From Octopus vulgaris (lineage: Eukaryota), in assembly GCA_951406725.2 (NCBI GenBank), contig OX597824.1:56668001-56732000 (forward strand): 64,000 nt of DNA, in the 5' to 3' direction. The first letter of the stretch is position 1; each line of letters opens with the position of its first letter. The translations under genes and the position numbers were made by a program. Shown here piece after piece: positions 35,521-48,677 of the stretch. The notes under the pieces were generated by a model. It was given only the letters and a program-made list of their open reading frames with translations. It searched no databases and was not told the DNA's origin.

Positions 35521-38500
35521 AAATTATTTTAGCATTTTCTATCTTGACTTGTTTTTCCATATATATCAACTCGTGTGTTCCTTTTCATCCTTATACATAT
35601 CATTAACCCACACGAGATACAGAAAATGCCGACAAAAACAGACACAATCACTTCCATAAACGAAGAAATACCGAAAGAACTCAAGAAAATCAACACAAAT
35701 CTGTCAACATTTTTGAACAAATTCGACCCGACGCATCAACCCAATCGAGTGAACAATGAGGAAACCGATACGAAAAATACAACCTCCGAAATCGTCGAAA
35801 ACCTTGGAAACTTATGCGAAACAATTAGAACATTTTTCTCTAACAATGCTAACCAAGGACCTCCAAACGCGTCAATATATGGGATCAATACTCTAACAAC
35901 ATACCAAACTAAACACCACATAGTACCACAATGGAACAAATCACTCAGAGATAGAAAATTCGCCTTTTGGAAGATGATCCAAAACAACAACAAAGCGGAT
36001 ATATACGAAAAATGGCTCAACCGGACACCGTTAATCCTCCCACGTAAATTCCAGATCAAAACCATTACAGAGGAACCTGAAACACAAAGACGCCTCAGGG
36101 AGAGAATGGCACTGAAAAAAATAGAAATAGAACTTCTAAAATTGAGGGCCCAAACGAATGAGGATAAAGTAAAATCCACCGATGAAGAGATCAACCAAGA
36201 AATTCGCAAAATGACCCAAGGCCCCAATCAAGAGAAGATCTCCAAACTATGGAAAGAGGACTGTGAAAAAGAACTGAAATCTCTCCTACGCTCGGAGAAA
36301 AGCGCCACTTTGTTCTCAAACTATGAAACCGTCTTTCAAACACCAATCCTTTCCAGAAAATAAGAAAATCAAAACAACACGCAAACACCGATACACACCT
36401 GTCTAAAAATCGGAACCATCACTTCTATCAAAAAAAGAATACAGGACCTAACCCTAACTTTGTAAGACACCAACGATACAATATCAGGAATACCCTCACT
36501 TCAAACAGAGAAAGGATAAATAAATACCCACAGGATAGACGCTGCAACCTCCTCCCCACCCAAAAGAGTTACCAACGGAATTTTCGTTCCAACAACCTGC
36601 CAAACAACTATGCACAACAAACCCGCACCACTCGCAATGATTACCAACGAAGGCCTCCTAAAACACCACACCCGAATATGGGATATCGGGACGCACTTCT
36701 CAATACTGTTCCAAGAACACACACCATAAATCACAACAGGGCACCCCACATGAACAAGGAACAACTATATAATGGCTACCATCCCAACTACCGCATTCAT
36801 TTTTTAGACCCAATACGCAAACACAGAGACACAAGATAGCACCAAACAGGCAGGAGGAACCAAAAGTGATAAAAATTATCAATCTAACTCACAATGAACT
36901 AACAGCAAACCAAATAAATATACTCTCCAAAAGACTCAAGTTTACACCCACCCCACAACACCCCAACTACAATGAAATGAAAGAAGACATCGCAGAATTC
37001 TGTAGAAAATTACGACTTACTGAGGAGCTATAAGACAAATTCAACGAGGACGAATCGTTGGTCAGAGATAGGAGTAACTACACCCCCTCAAAAGGTAAGA
37101 ACAAAACACTTGATCATTTCTGTGAACACATCTCGAATTTCCCATATCAACACATGCACAAACAAAAACACAAACCAAACTTCACAAAAAAAGAATGGGC
37201 TGAGCTGAACAAATTAAAACATGACAAAACAATAACAATCAAAGAGGCCGATAAAGGGAGTGCAGTTGTTTTAATGGACACGATATTTTACATAACTTTA
37301 GTACTATCTATGTTGGAAGACATAACATATTATGAAAAGGCACAAAACTACAGTCAACAAAAAATAATGAGGGATCTAAAATCCATGTTAACCCCATACA
37401 AAGAAGGGCTCACCAACAAGAAATATGACTATATGACCAATTTCACAGGTAAAACCAGCCAATTCTACGGTATTCCCAAGATACACAAAAGCAGAGAATA
37501 ACGGGAGACCTAAAATCCATGTTGAAGGGCTCACCGACAACGAATATTACTTTATGACCAATTTCAAAAGTAAAACCAGTCAATTCTACGGTATTCCCAA
37601 GATACACAAAAGTGAGAAAATAAGTAACGTATGCAAGATAGCCACAGACATAATAATTAAAGTCCCTACTCTTAATGACCTCAAATTGAGACCTAGAATA
37701 GCAGGTCTCGCATGCGAAACCCACTGCCTCAGTAACTTTTTAGATACCCTCTTAAAACCACTCCTCAAACATGTCAAAAGCTATATAAGAGACGACCTGG
37801 ATATGCTCAATCACCTGTCTAATACTATAAACAAAAACACCCTACTAGTATCCTTCGATGTAGTCAACCTCTATTCTAATATCCCCCACAACCTAGGAAT
37901 AGAGGCAATTCAATTCTGGTTAGAGAATCACGCCAACGAACTCCTACATCGCATCAAAAAATAATTCGTGATAGAAGGGCTTTGCCAACCTAGTCATGGG
38001 ATATCTAGAAATCAGTCTGTATCGTAAGGTTCTAGAAAGATATGGCAGCCTTTTCTCCCTCTACATAGAAAACAACTGGAAGAGATACCTAGATGACGAT
38101 TTCATTCTTTGGCATGAAAATATAGAGAAACTGAAAGAATTCCAAGCAATTTTAAATGGACTGGACGTAAACATCCAATTCACGATGGAATATAGCCAGC
38201 AACAACTCCCCTTCCTCGACATCCTCATTAAGAAATCTAATAATGTAATAGAAACAGATATATACCACAAGCCTACGGATTCTAAGCAATATCTTCCTTT
38301 CAATTCATGCCACCCCAGACACACCAGAATGAATATCCCTTTCAATCTAGCAAAAAGGATATGTACTATAGTTTCTAATGCAAGCACCAGAGACACACGA
38401 CTACAGGAACTAAAATATACCCTCATCACCAGGAACTACCCACCTTCACTAATTGACATATGCATTCAACGTGCCCTTCAACTCAACATCCAGGAACTCA

Positions 38501-39281
38501 GACATCCCAAATTAAAGAAAAATTTATGACTAAAAGCCTTACCATATATCTCCACACACAACCCTCTCAACAATGAAGCCTTCGATACCATCCTCCAAAA
38601 CATACCCTTGCTACAAAAATACCACAGAATGAACTTAATCCTCCAAACACACACGATCATAAAAAGCAAGAGACAGCCCAAATCCATGAAAAGTCTCCTA
38701 ACACAAGCCCGAATACGCTCATCAACACAGAAGCTGTCAGTAAAAAAATGCGGAAGACCTAACTGTAGGATATGCATCAATTTAATTGAGGGATCAGAGT
38801 TCTCCTTCAAACAGGGACAACGGTTCACAGTGAAAAGCAATTTCACATGTGCTTCGGATAACCTGATATACACACTAACCTGCTCTGGGTGTCAAGAGCA
38901 ATACATAGGCCAAACAAAAAATAGTTTACGTAAAAGAATGGCCCTGCACAGATCCCAGATAAAAATTCCTCAAAACAGATATTTGCGCCAACAACAAAAC
39001 TCCAAGCTTCAGGATTTTCCCCCTCTACCAATTCAGGGACGATACAACCTCGAGCCAACGAATAAGTAAAGAAACTCTCTTTATTACAAAATACAGGCCC
39101 CTTCTGAACGCATCTACGACAAACGATATATCCACCTCAGCTTTAGAATAACACAAATACACACGCAAATATTACATTCCTAAGAATCCATTAAAAATCA
39201 GCCCCAATCACAGCTATAACCCACAAGTGCTAACTTTAAGTCATCCAACATCCCACTACTTCCACGCATTCATATTCTCCC

Positions 39282-39492
39282 TTCTTCTTCTTCTTCTTCT
39301 TCTTCTTCTTCTTCTTCTTCTTCTTCTTCTTCTTCTTCTTCTTCTTCTTCTTCTTCTTCTTCTTCTTCTTCTTCTTCTTCATCATCATCGTCGTCATCGT
39401 CATCATCATCGTCATCGTCTTCTTCTTCTTCTTCTTCTTCTTCTTCTTCTTCTTCTTCTTCTTCTTCCCCCTCTTCTTCCCCCTCTTCTTCC
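39282..39492. repeat. (CTT)n/(CAT)n trinucleotide array within the PLE 3' region
   Basis: Directly visible. Confidence 0.95.
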
Positions 39493-39838
39493 TAACTTTA
39501 TCACTAATGCTTTTTAGTATAACACCTAGGCAAATTCTATAAACAAACTTTTCAATAGAAATATTTTCATGAATTGAACAGCAGGAACTGCTAGCCATCA
39601 CTGACCAACGACAATCAAGGCAATCCCAAATTCTTCTTCCCCTTCTCCCTCTCCTCCTCCTTCCCCCTTTTCTTCTTCCCTACCAAGAATTCACATGGAC
39701 CTTGAACCCACAAGAATAAACAAGAGAGACAGAGAAAGGCAGAAACAAGAAAATGCCACTTATATTTGAACACTATACAAATATTCTTTTAAAAAAACTT
39801 TTCTTTTAATTTTACTAAATTTAATTATTTAATAGTTA

Positions 39839-39875
39839 CAGTTGAAGAAGTCTCAAATGACAGAAACCGGTACTG
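39839..39875 (+). ncRNA. Hammerhead motif in 3' pLTR
   Basis: cag-TTGAAGA-agtc-tcaaat-gaca-GAAACCGGTA-ctg; palindromic stem III ACCGGT. Confidence 0.65.
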
Positions 39876-39925
39876 AAATGTTCTTTATAAAATTATTTTA
39901 GCATTTTCTATCTTGACTTGTTTTT

Positions 39926-40044
<119 letters not shown>

Positions 40045-40240
40045 TGAAATAGCGCAAAATGCTTTTGCGCTATTTCATCTGTTTTTACGTTCTGAGTTTG
40101 AAATCAGCTGAGGTTGACTTTGCCTTTCATTCAAGAATGCGCGGTCGATAAAAAAATATCAGTTCAGCACTGGGGTCAATATAATCAACTTACGCACTCC
40201 CCTGAAATTGCCGACCTTGTGCCAAACTTTGAAACCAAAA
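40045..40240 (+). mobile_element. Meta-domain SINE copy
   Basis: tttacgttctgagtttg...gactttgcctttcat...ggtcgataaa...cttgtgcc. Confidence 0.75.
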
Positions 40241-40475
40241 ATACAACAGCTTTTCTTTGGGATAGTTTGAAACGTAAAATAAAGTTCCCTGCTTTTGTCT
40301 GAAATAAGCATAATGGTTTAGTCCGGTTGTGAATATTAAGCAGTGGTTCTACCACACATCTTATCCTTCCGTGGGTTAGAAATGCTGGATCAATTTGACT
40401 AATTCCTAGTATTCTTTGACTTTCATCAGACAAAATATAACCATTTCTGATTAAAGAGAAAGTTTTAATATCGAG

Positions 40476-42960
40476 TGTAGGCGCAGTTACCTCCCTTGAC
40501 AGCGGCTGCTTAAACAGCTAGCAACTAGATGGTGCAAGAGCAGTTAGGTGCTGACACTAAGCCTTGGCACTTCCTCTTTTCTTGTCAAGACGCCAGACCG
40601 TGAAGACATGACCTAGTTGTCTCTCGTATACACGCAGACAGCTAGCAGACATGGACATGACCTCCATTCATCAAACTCCTCCCATTATCTTTCAACTTGT
40701 ATATAGTTGAGACCGAGAGTAAAGGTATTTAAAGTAACAGCCTCATTCTATGAATTCATTGTACCTGCCTGTCGGTGTATTGTCGTCTCCTGCTTCGATT
40801 GATTTGGTTGCTATGGCTCCTCCTTGGACTCTCTGGACGTTTTTTCACCAGCTTTCCTGCTGAAAGTTTGAACACCTGACTCTGCCTTTTTCTGAGGGAA
40901 CCATTCTCTGCGGTGTTTCTACCGGGTCACCCCACCCCTCGTTTCTGAACATCACCGGCATGCTGTTTTTGAAGCACTGCATTCACCGTCACACTCCGGC
41001 ATTGCGGCCACAGTAAGGCCCGCTTTATCTGGCTGAATATGCGTCGGTCAATTACTGCTTGGTCACGTGCCTGTCTACCATGTCAGCATTCCAAGGTGCA
41101 TCGTCACGTGAGAGTACCCATTGGGCACTTCCAGCCCCCAGAAACGAGATTCCGACACATACGCATCGACCTGGTTGGTCCTTGGCCGGTCAGTTGCGGA
41201 TTTACTTATATATTGACCTGCATCGACCGTTTCTCCAGATGGCCTGAAGCCATCATTCTCGTGGACATTTCCGCGGAAACAGTCACCAGAGTACTCATCT
41301 CTGAGTGGCCAAGGACCAACCAGGTCAATGCGTATGTGTCGGAATCTCATTTCCGGGGGCTGGAAGTGCCCAATGGGTACTCTCACGTGATGATGCACCT
41401 TGGAACGCTGACATGGTAGACAGGCACATGACCAAGCAGTAATTGACCGACGCATATTCGGCCAGAAAAAGCGGGCCGAGATAAGCCTTACTGTGGCCGC
41501 AATGCCGGAGTGTGACAGTGAATGCAGTGCTTCAAAAACAGCACGACGGTAATACCCTCTAGAATTACCACTGATCGTGGAGGCCAATTTGAAGCTTGTC
41601 TGTTCCGTGAGCTTTCGAGATTGCTCGGAGTTCATCACATCCACACCACAAGCACAAGTTACCATCCCGCCGCGAACGGAATGGTGGAGCGATTCCACCG
41701 CCAGCTTAAAGCCGCTATTCGCGTGGCTCCTGATCCTCATCGTTGGTCCGAGTTTCTCCCCATTGTTTTGCTGGGATGCCGCTCAGCTGTCAAGGAGGAT
41801 TTAGGCTACTCCTTCGCTGAGCTTCTGCATGGTACCACCTTAGCACTTCCTGGACAAATGTTGGCGCCGGTCGTTTTACCGAATGCAGATCTCTCATCTT
41901 ACGTCACGCGACTCAGGTCATTCTTTGCTGACCTACCACCGATACTGTTCCGCGACCAGTCTATCTATTCTACAGTACCTCCGGATATTTCTACTTGGAC
42001 TCATGTGTTTGTAAGAAATAATGCCGTCAAGGGACCGCTGACACCTCCCTGCACTGGTTCCTATTGCGTTCTTAGAAGCACACCGAAACTGTTCACTGTG
42101 GACATTCACGGAAAAAAGATACTGTCTCTATCGACAGAGAAAAAAAAGCCTTTTCCGAAACATTTATGCCACTTGCTGACACACCTATCATTCCACAAAC
42201 ACTGCCACCCCACACACACAAGCACCACATCCACTAACCAAAACACCAAACGTATTCTTCACCTTACAGGACACGTTCTGGCAGATCGGTTCATTGGCCG
42301 AAGAAATTGTCTCAGAATACTTTCATTTCTTAACTTTGCCTCGTCAATGACTGTTCCGGAGAATAGACTCATGCTTGTTATAGACACTGCATTCATATTT
42401 TCTCTGTATTATTGTACATATATATCTTGTTCTATTTGATTGGACACCTTACTTGCCTGGACGTTTTTTCCTTGTACATACTTGTATTATATTTTTCAAT
42501 TGTTCTGCCATAGTTCGGATTCTGTGTATCACACATTTTGTTCTCTACACGAACAGACATTTTCTGCATGTTTCCTCCAAATTTTTACTCTTGCATTGTT
42601 CATACAACTGTTTTGCAATTGTTTGATTCTGTGCCCTCCTAACGCACACGTATTTCGCCTACCTTACAGCCTCCCCCTAGACCGCGTCCGGTCAGGGGGG
42701 GGGGGGGGCTGTAGGTGCAGTTACCTCCCTTGACAGCGACTGTTTAAACAAGCTCGCAACTAGATGGCGCAATAACGGTTAGGTGCCAGACCGTGAAGAC
42801 ATGACATAATTGACATGCTAGTAGACATGAGGTAGTACACAGAAGATGAACATGGCCTCAATTAATCAAACTCCTCACATTATCATTCAACTTGTATATA
42901 GTTGAGACCGAGAGTAAAGGTATTTAAAGTTACAACCTCGTTCCATGAATTCAGCGTACC
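40476..42960 (+). mobile_element. Internally deleted Ty3/Gypsy element (two LTRs, integrase only)
   Basis: LTRs start TGTAGG.GCAGTTACCTCCC at 40476 and 42710; G-run PPT at 42695-42708. Integrase HHCC (H..SHSG...ACLPCQ), IDLVGP, CIDRFSRWPEA, ITTDRGGQF, YHPAANGMVERFHR. Confidence 0.92.
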
Positions 42961-45900
42961 GTATTCCTTTATCAAATGATATTACAGCCTTCTGTAATAA
43001 AGTCACCATTAGATGGCTTCAACCTGAGAACACCACCAGCTAGACGAGCTATTTATAGTAATGCATATAAGAATTAATCCATTTATAGTGAATAACACAG
43101 TTTTAGGATAAATTGAGATGTAATGTAAGATAACCGTTTTGATAACATATAGAAAGAAGATCTAGTCAGATCGAACTTATATTTATTGCCGACTGAAATA
43201 TAAAAATTCCAGCGACGTTAAAATTCTGTTATTAAGATAGAACATCCGTATCTTTTGTGGGTGTTGTAAGAGAGCCCGAAATATAGCATCAATCACTCAC
43301 AGCCACAACTCAATCCGTGTTAAACTTCTGCTGGCCGTCACCACTAACATTTCTCTCCGATTTTCATCCGAAATGTGGATTCCAAGGCACTTTCAGCACC
43401 TCTTTTCACAGCTAATGATACCAATTCTCAATTTTTTTTCCAAATATATTTATGTCTTTGTAGAAGTCCCTTTTCTGTTCCTTCCACTGCTTTCTCTTCC
43501 AGAAGTATTTCATTCTTCTGTCATCTCTGAAACTGCCCTTTACGTTCTCATTCAGCTCCGACAAACCTGCTTCACTTCTTTCTGAACCTTTCTCCACTGT
43601 CGCCGTAGACCTTGTGTTTGTAAGAAGACACTACTCTTCAGCAACCTCTCTCTTCAACTGCTCAGTTCCCTGTTTTTGCCACCAATGTGCTTGACCCTAA
43701 ATCCCTCCATACACCAATCACAACATAATTTCTAGTACTTCAAATTTCGCTTCACCCTACAGACTCAACTTCAAAACCCACCTAACTGACTTCCCAGCAT
43801 ATTCTATTTATTGCTGTTTGCTGGTGACTACAAGACAGGAACCTTTCCTCCTTTTCTGTAGACTGAAGGTTTCCTGTGTTGTGATCTGTAACTTGGAAGA
43901 AACCTTCCAGTCTCTCACCACACCGTGGCTTCACATTGTATACAGCAATACCTCCTCTCCCTTTAAACCTTTTATACGTCTCACAAAATTCTTCAATTTG
44001 TGAACCCCCAAGCCACTCATACCATCTTTTCAGAATCTTCTCTGGTCTGCGATCCAACACGACATGAAGTAGGGAGGTGGTTGCAGCGGGTGAGCAAACT
44101 CTTTGTCATTTACCGTCGTAAGAAAGATAAGATCATATCAAATAATGGGGTTCCAGATGCACTATGTCTGAGAAAAGACAAGATGGTAATTGCTGTAGCG
44201 TCTTTGGTTTCATTTACTAAAGCAAACCCAAGGCAGTAACAACAACAACAACAACAACAACAACAAAACAGCTGCTACAGAAACAGCAGCAGTATGGAAT
44301 AGTCATTACTGGAACGCTGTAGATCAAAGAATTACTCAGCCAAGGTTGAGCTAAACAACAATTTACAACTTGAGAGCTCAGACGTTAGTATCAGCAAGTT
44401 CAGTCTACCTAGCTGTTGATAGGTACGACAGACTAGAAATGACTGACTGGAAGCCATTAGTAAGCATTGTAAAACTGACATTTATACATTTCAAAGTTTC
44501 TGTGGATAATAAAACTTCAACTCCGCCATACTTAGAGAAGATTGGGCAACGCTAAGCTTACACAGGCATGGACCCCGACAAGCTTGGAAAGGCATGGACA
44601 CCAATCTAGCCTAAAATAGGTATCCTAAGCACCCCAGGTAACAAGAAAGCCCCTTCGTGGTTGCTATAGCTGTTAGAAATAGCGGCCAAATGTTCTCAAA
44701 TCACATTCCACCACCACAATAAGGAAGAGACATAGTAGATAATTTAAACCGAGATGCGTCCTATCAGGACGGGATGGTCACGACAAGACGATTGTTTATC
44801 ACAGCTCACTCAGGATTAACCTGGGGTTAAACAACCACAATAATAACAACATCCACAACAAAAGAAAGATCAACAACTCAAGTAACCATCACAATAGCAA
44901 CAGCAACCTCAACAACCACAACAACAGCAATAAAAACAACCGCTACAGCAGCAGTCGTAAAGCAAAGAACCTCTGTTCTACAGGTCATATAACATGAAGC
45001 ATTTCCAATATTCTGCCTGCTGCGGTCCATTCTTCAAAGAGCCAACTACGCATCATTTTCAATGCCATTAGGTCATTGCAGATCAATCTGACCTCACTGC
45101 TTTAATTTGATGCCAAAGTGATTTATCATTTTGGAACCATCTCTTCTCTACTATTTAAAACTAACCAAATTTTTCCTGGCAGATATGGTCTTCTGGACTG
45201 CATTAGCCAAGATGAAGTGTAACCAATGACTTTTGCAGTCCGACAATGATATCTTGTCTGCAATAAATAAATATTTATTTTTGATCTTATGCGCTGTCAT
45301 GACCCTGTTGACCGTCGTAGCACCCCCAAACTTATATGAATGGGCCGACTGGACTCAGAATTACATTCCCAGTTTGAGCATGGCAATCAAATTGTCTCCA
45401 GTAAAGATATCCTTCAGGTGGATGGAATTGGTTGAAAAAATATTTATATTTGCAGCACTTTAGCCATTTGGAAGTCAAGAGGTCAGGAACCAACTGAAGT
45501 CTGATATTCAACAGAAATCTTATTACTTTTAATAAGTTCCAAGAAATTCCCCTCGGATAAATTATAATTTTTTTTTAACAGAGCTCTTTTAAATAGAATT
45601 CATTGAACAGATTTATATAAATTGGCCCACAGACATGCTGGCCTCATTCCACTGCTACTACAGTGGTTCCTGCACCTTGGAACTGGTCGGGCTCGTTCCA
45701 TTTCCATTCTGACCCATGCTCACTCATCATCTTTCATCCGCTCGTTACTTTCACTCTCGTTTCACCCTTAAGCCCCGCAATAACCACGACTCTCAATAAT
45801 TTCTCCTCAGAATTTATTCTCTCTGATATCAACAATATCATCATCATCGATCTGTCTTGGAAGATCAGTGAAAGCTGGGCTCAGCCCATTCCCCTAGCCC

Positions 45901-46503
45901 AATCCGTTAGAAAATATTTATAAGTGTCAATAGGGTATTTAAAAAATACCTTATAATTTACGTAAATTAAACACTGCAGATTAAACGCATGATTCTTCCT
46001 TTAATTACGTCTGTGAACACGTATTATTATTGTTGTTATTGCTGTCACAAATTGTAGGTACATACTCGAAGTATATTCTAGCTGTAAGCACTTCATATTA
46101 TTTTCAGACATGGTCTGTCTAGGACTACATTAATACAACTTGCTTCTTTTCTAAGTTGGTAATCCACACACACATGCACACGCACACACACTCACGAATG
46201 CGAGCATGCACTCAAACACATATTTACACACATACACTAATAATTGCATATACGTATATGTATAAACAAAATATATATATCTCTATATTTGTATATATTT
46301 ATATATTTGTGTATATCAAAACATTCTATAATAGGTAATAGGCTTAATGCTCTTAATTTCCCTGATCCAAAGGGAAAATAGGTTAGTGAATAATGAATAA
46401 AAGCTTTAAGTGTTAAGTGTAGTTCTTTAGCTGGCGAGCATGAGTTCAATAACTGAATGAATAAGACAACACACACACGCATCTGTATATATAACGTAAA
46501 CGA

Positions 46504-46561
<58 letters not shown>

Positions 46562-46616
46562 CGGAGATGTACTTGCATAGCGAGTGACTTGATCTGAGAT
46601 CGTGTGCTGGAACGAA

Positions 46617-46891
46617 AACAATTGCAGCGTGGAAGGTGTTTATAAGCCATTTAAGAAACACAAAAAACCGTTAGATTCACTTCAACATTTAAATTTGATT
46701 TGTCAAAGTATTTTCGTCGCTTTGAGACCGCGACCTGTTCACTGACAAAGCTTCGGGCTTTGTCAGTGAACAGGTCGCGGTCTCAAAGCGACGAAAATAC
46801 TTTGACAAATCAAATTTAAATGTTGAAGTGAATCTAACGGTTTTTTGTGTTTCTTAAATGGCTTATAAACACCTTCCACGCTGCAATTGTT
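46617..46891. repeat. Inverted repeat, 135-bp arms with 5-nt loop
   Basis: 46617-46751 is the reverse complement of 46757-46891; no mismatch seen by eye. Confidence 0.95.
46759..46809 (+). ncRNA. Hammerhead motif with G3:C8 core swap (mirror copy on minus strand at 46699-46749)
   Basis: tttgtca-GTGAACA-g-gtcgc-ggtctcaaa-gcgac-GAAAATACTT-tgacaaa: 7-bp stem I, 5-bp stem II. Confidence 0.65.
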
Positions 46892-46904
46892 ATATATATA
46901 TATA

Positions 46905-47756
46905 AGAGACGGGAAACTGTTCAATCTCTCGCGCCTGCGTGCCAAGACAAAAATCAGATGCGTCCTGATCAAGGAGATGCTATTTGCTGATGATGCCGCT
47001 CTGGTATCACACAGAGAAGAAGCTCTACAAAGGCTCATCAACTGTTTTGAGCAAGCATGTAACGACTTTGGCTTAGTTATCAGCCTCAAGAAGACCAACA
47101 TCATGGGTCAGGCTACATCGGACATCCCAAACATACATATTGGAGACCACAGATTACAGGAGGTGGAGAAATTTACCTATCTTGGCTCTACCGTCACCTA
47201 CAACCTATCCTTTGATGCTGATCTCAATAGACGCATTGGCAAGGCAGCTGCTGTGATGGCCCAACTCTCCAAACGGACATGGGACAACAATAAGCTGACC
47301 AAGATCACAAAAATGAAGATTTACCAGGCATGTGTACTTAGCACTCTACTGTATGGAAGTGAGACTTGGACGCCATACATACGCCAAGAGCGTCGCCTAA
47401 ATATCTTTCACCTGCGCTGCCTCCGGAAAATCCTTCGCATCAAATAGCAGAATCATGTCTCTAACAAAGATGTCCTCAAGCAAGCAGGAATACCAAGCAT
47501 GTTTGCACTCCTCACACAAAGACGTATGAGATGGCTTGGACATGTTAGCCGTATGGAAGATGGTAGACTCCCCAAGGACATACTCTACGGAGGATTTGCT
47601 AGGGGCACTAGGTCTGTGGGAAGACCATTCTTACGATGCAAGGATGTTTGCAAAAGGGACATGAAGGCCTGCAACATCAATATTAGCAACTGGGAAGCAG
47701 TTGCCAGCAACCGCGGAGATTGGTGACGTACCGTAAAAGAAGGAACACAGAGGAGT

Positions 47757-47837
<81 letters not shown>

Positions 47838-48050
47838 AATGGAAAGACAAGAAAAGACGTCAACAAGAAACTATGATATTTCAACCAGCCAGGCAAAGTC
47901 TTCGCTACATTTGCGGCACCTGCCAGAGGGAGTGTTTGTCCAGGATAGGACTACACAGCCACAACAGGAAATGTATTAGGACATGAAATGTAAAAGCCGG
48001 ACTAGATTATTTTATGCGCAACTCCATTAAGGATGCCAACAACAACAACA
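46905..48050 (+). mobile_element. 5'-truncated RTE (BovB-like) LINE
   Basis: DGKLFNLSRL, MLFADDAAL, FTYLGS, LLYGSETW, MRWLGH; (GA)n expansion at 47760-47832; (CAA)n tail. Confidence 0.92.
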
Positions 48051-48066
48051 ATATATATATATATAT

Positions 48067-48677
48067 AAATTTACATCTAATATAGGATAAAATTTTTCGA
48101 AAAAAATTTTAATGGCCAGCATATTAAAAAATACCTTTAAAGGTTAAATTTATAAACAACTTATAAATAAGGGCAAAAGAAAAAATTTGTAATGCCAAAT
48201 ATGCCGAAACTAGACGCATTGTCCATAAAATATAATTTATCACAATATGCACGTTACTCGAAGGAAGCCGACAGAAATTTCTAAAAAATTCCGTTATTAC
48301 CATATCGGACCCGATTTCAGAGTTAGTTCATAAGAACCTTCTCTTCGTCAGTGATAAATGCGGCAAAAAATAAATGAAATACTTATGGAAGAAGCAAACA
48401 CTAAGTCATGAGCACAATTAAGTACCCCAAATATATCCAAAATAGAAATTCTCCAGCCCATTCGAGACACATGCGACTCCAACTGATACTCTCAGAGAGT
48501 GAGTCCGGAAGTGAACACTATTAAATTTACATCTAATATAGGATAAAAATTTTCGAAAAAAATTTTATCAATGGCCAGCATATTAAAAATACCTTCAAAG
48601 GTTAAATTTATAAACAACTTATAAACAAGGGCAAAAGAAAAAAATTCTAATGCCAAATATGCCGAAACTAGACACAT
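48067..48677 (-). mobile_element. Non-coding element with ~155-bp direct repeats and an internal hammerhead (retrozyme-like)
   Basis: Repeats at ~48067-48219 and ~48522-48677. HHR at 48303-48356: tatca-CTGACGA-agag...ctct-GAAATCGGGTC-cgata. Confidence 0.6.

Noticed and set aside
43330-45230. Purine-skewed, LINE-like decayed sequence
   Set aside because: No diagnostic motif could be read with confidence.
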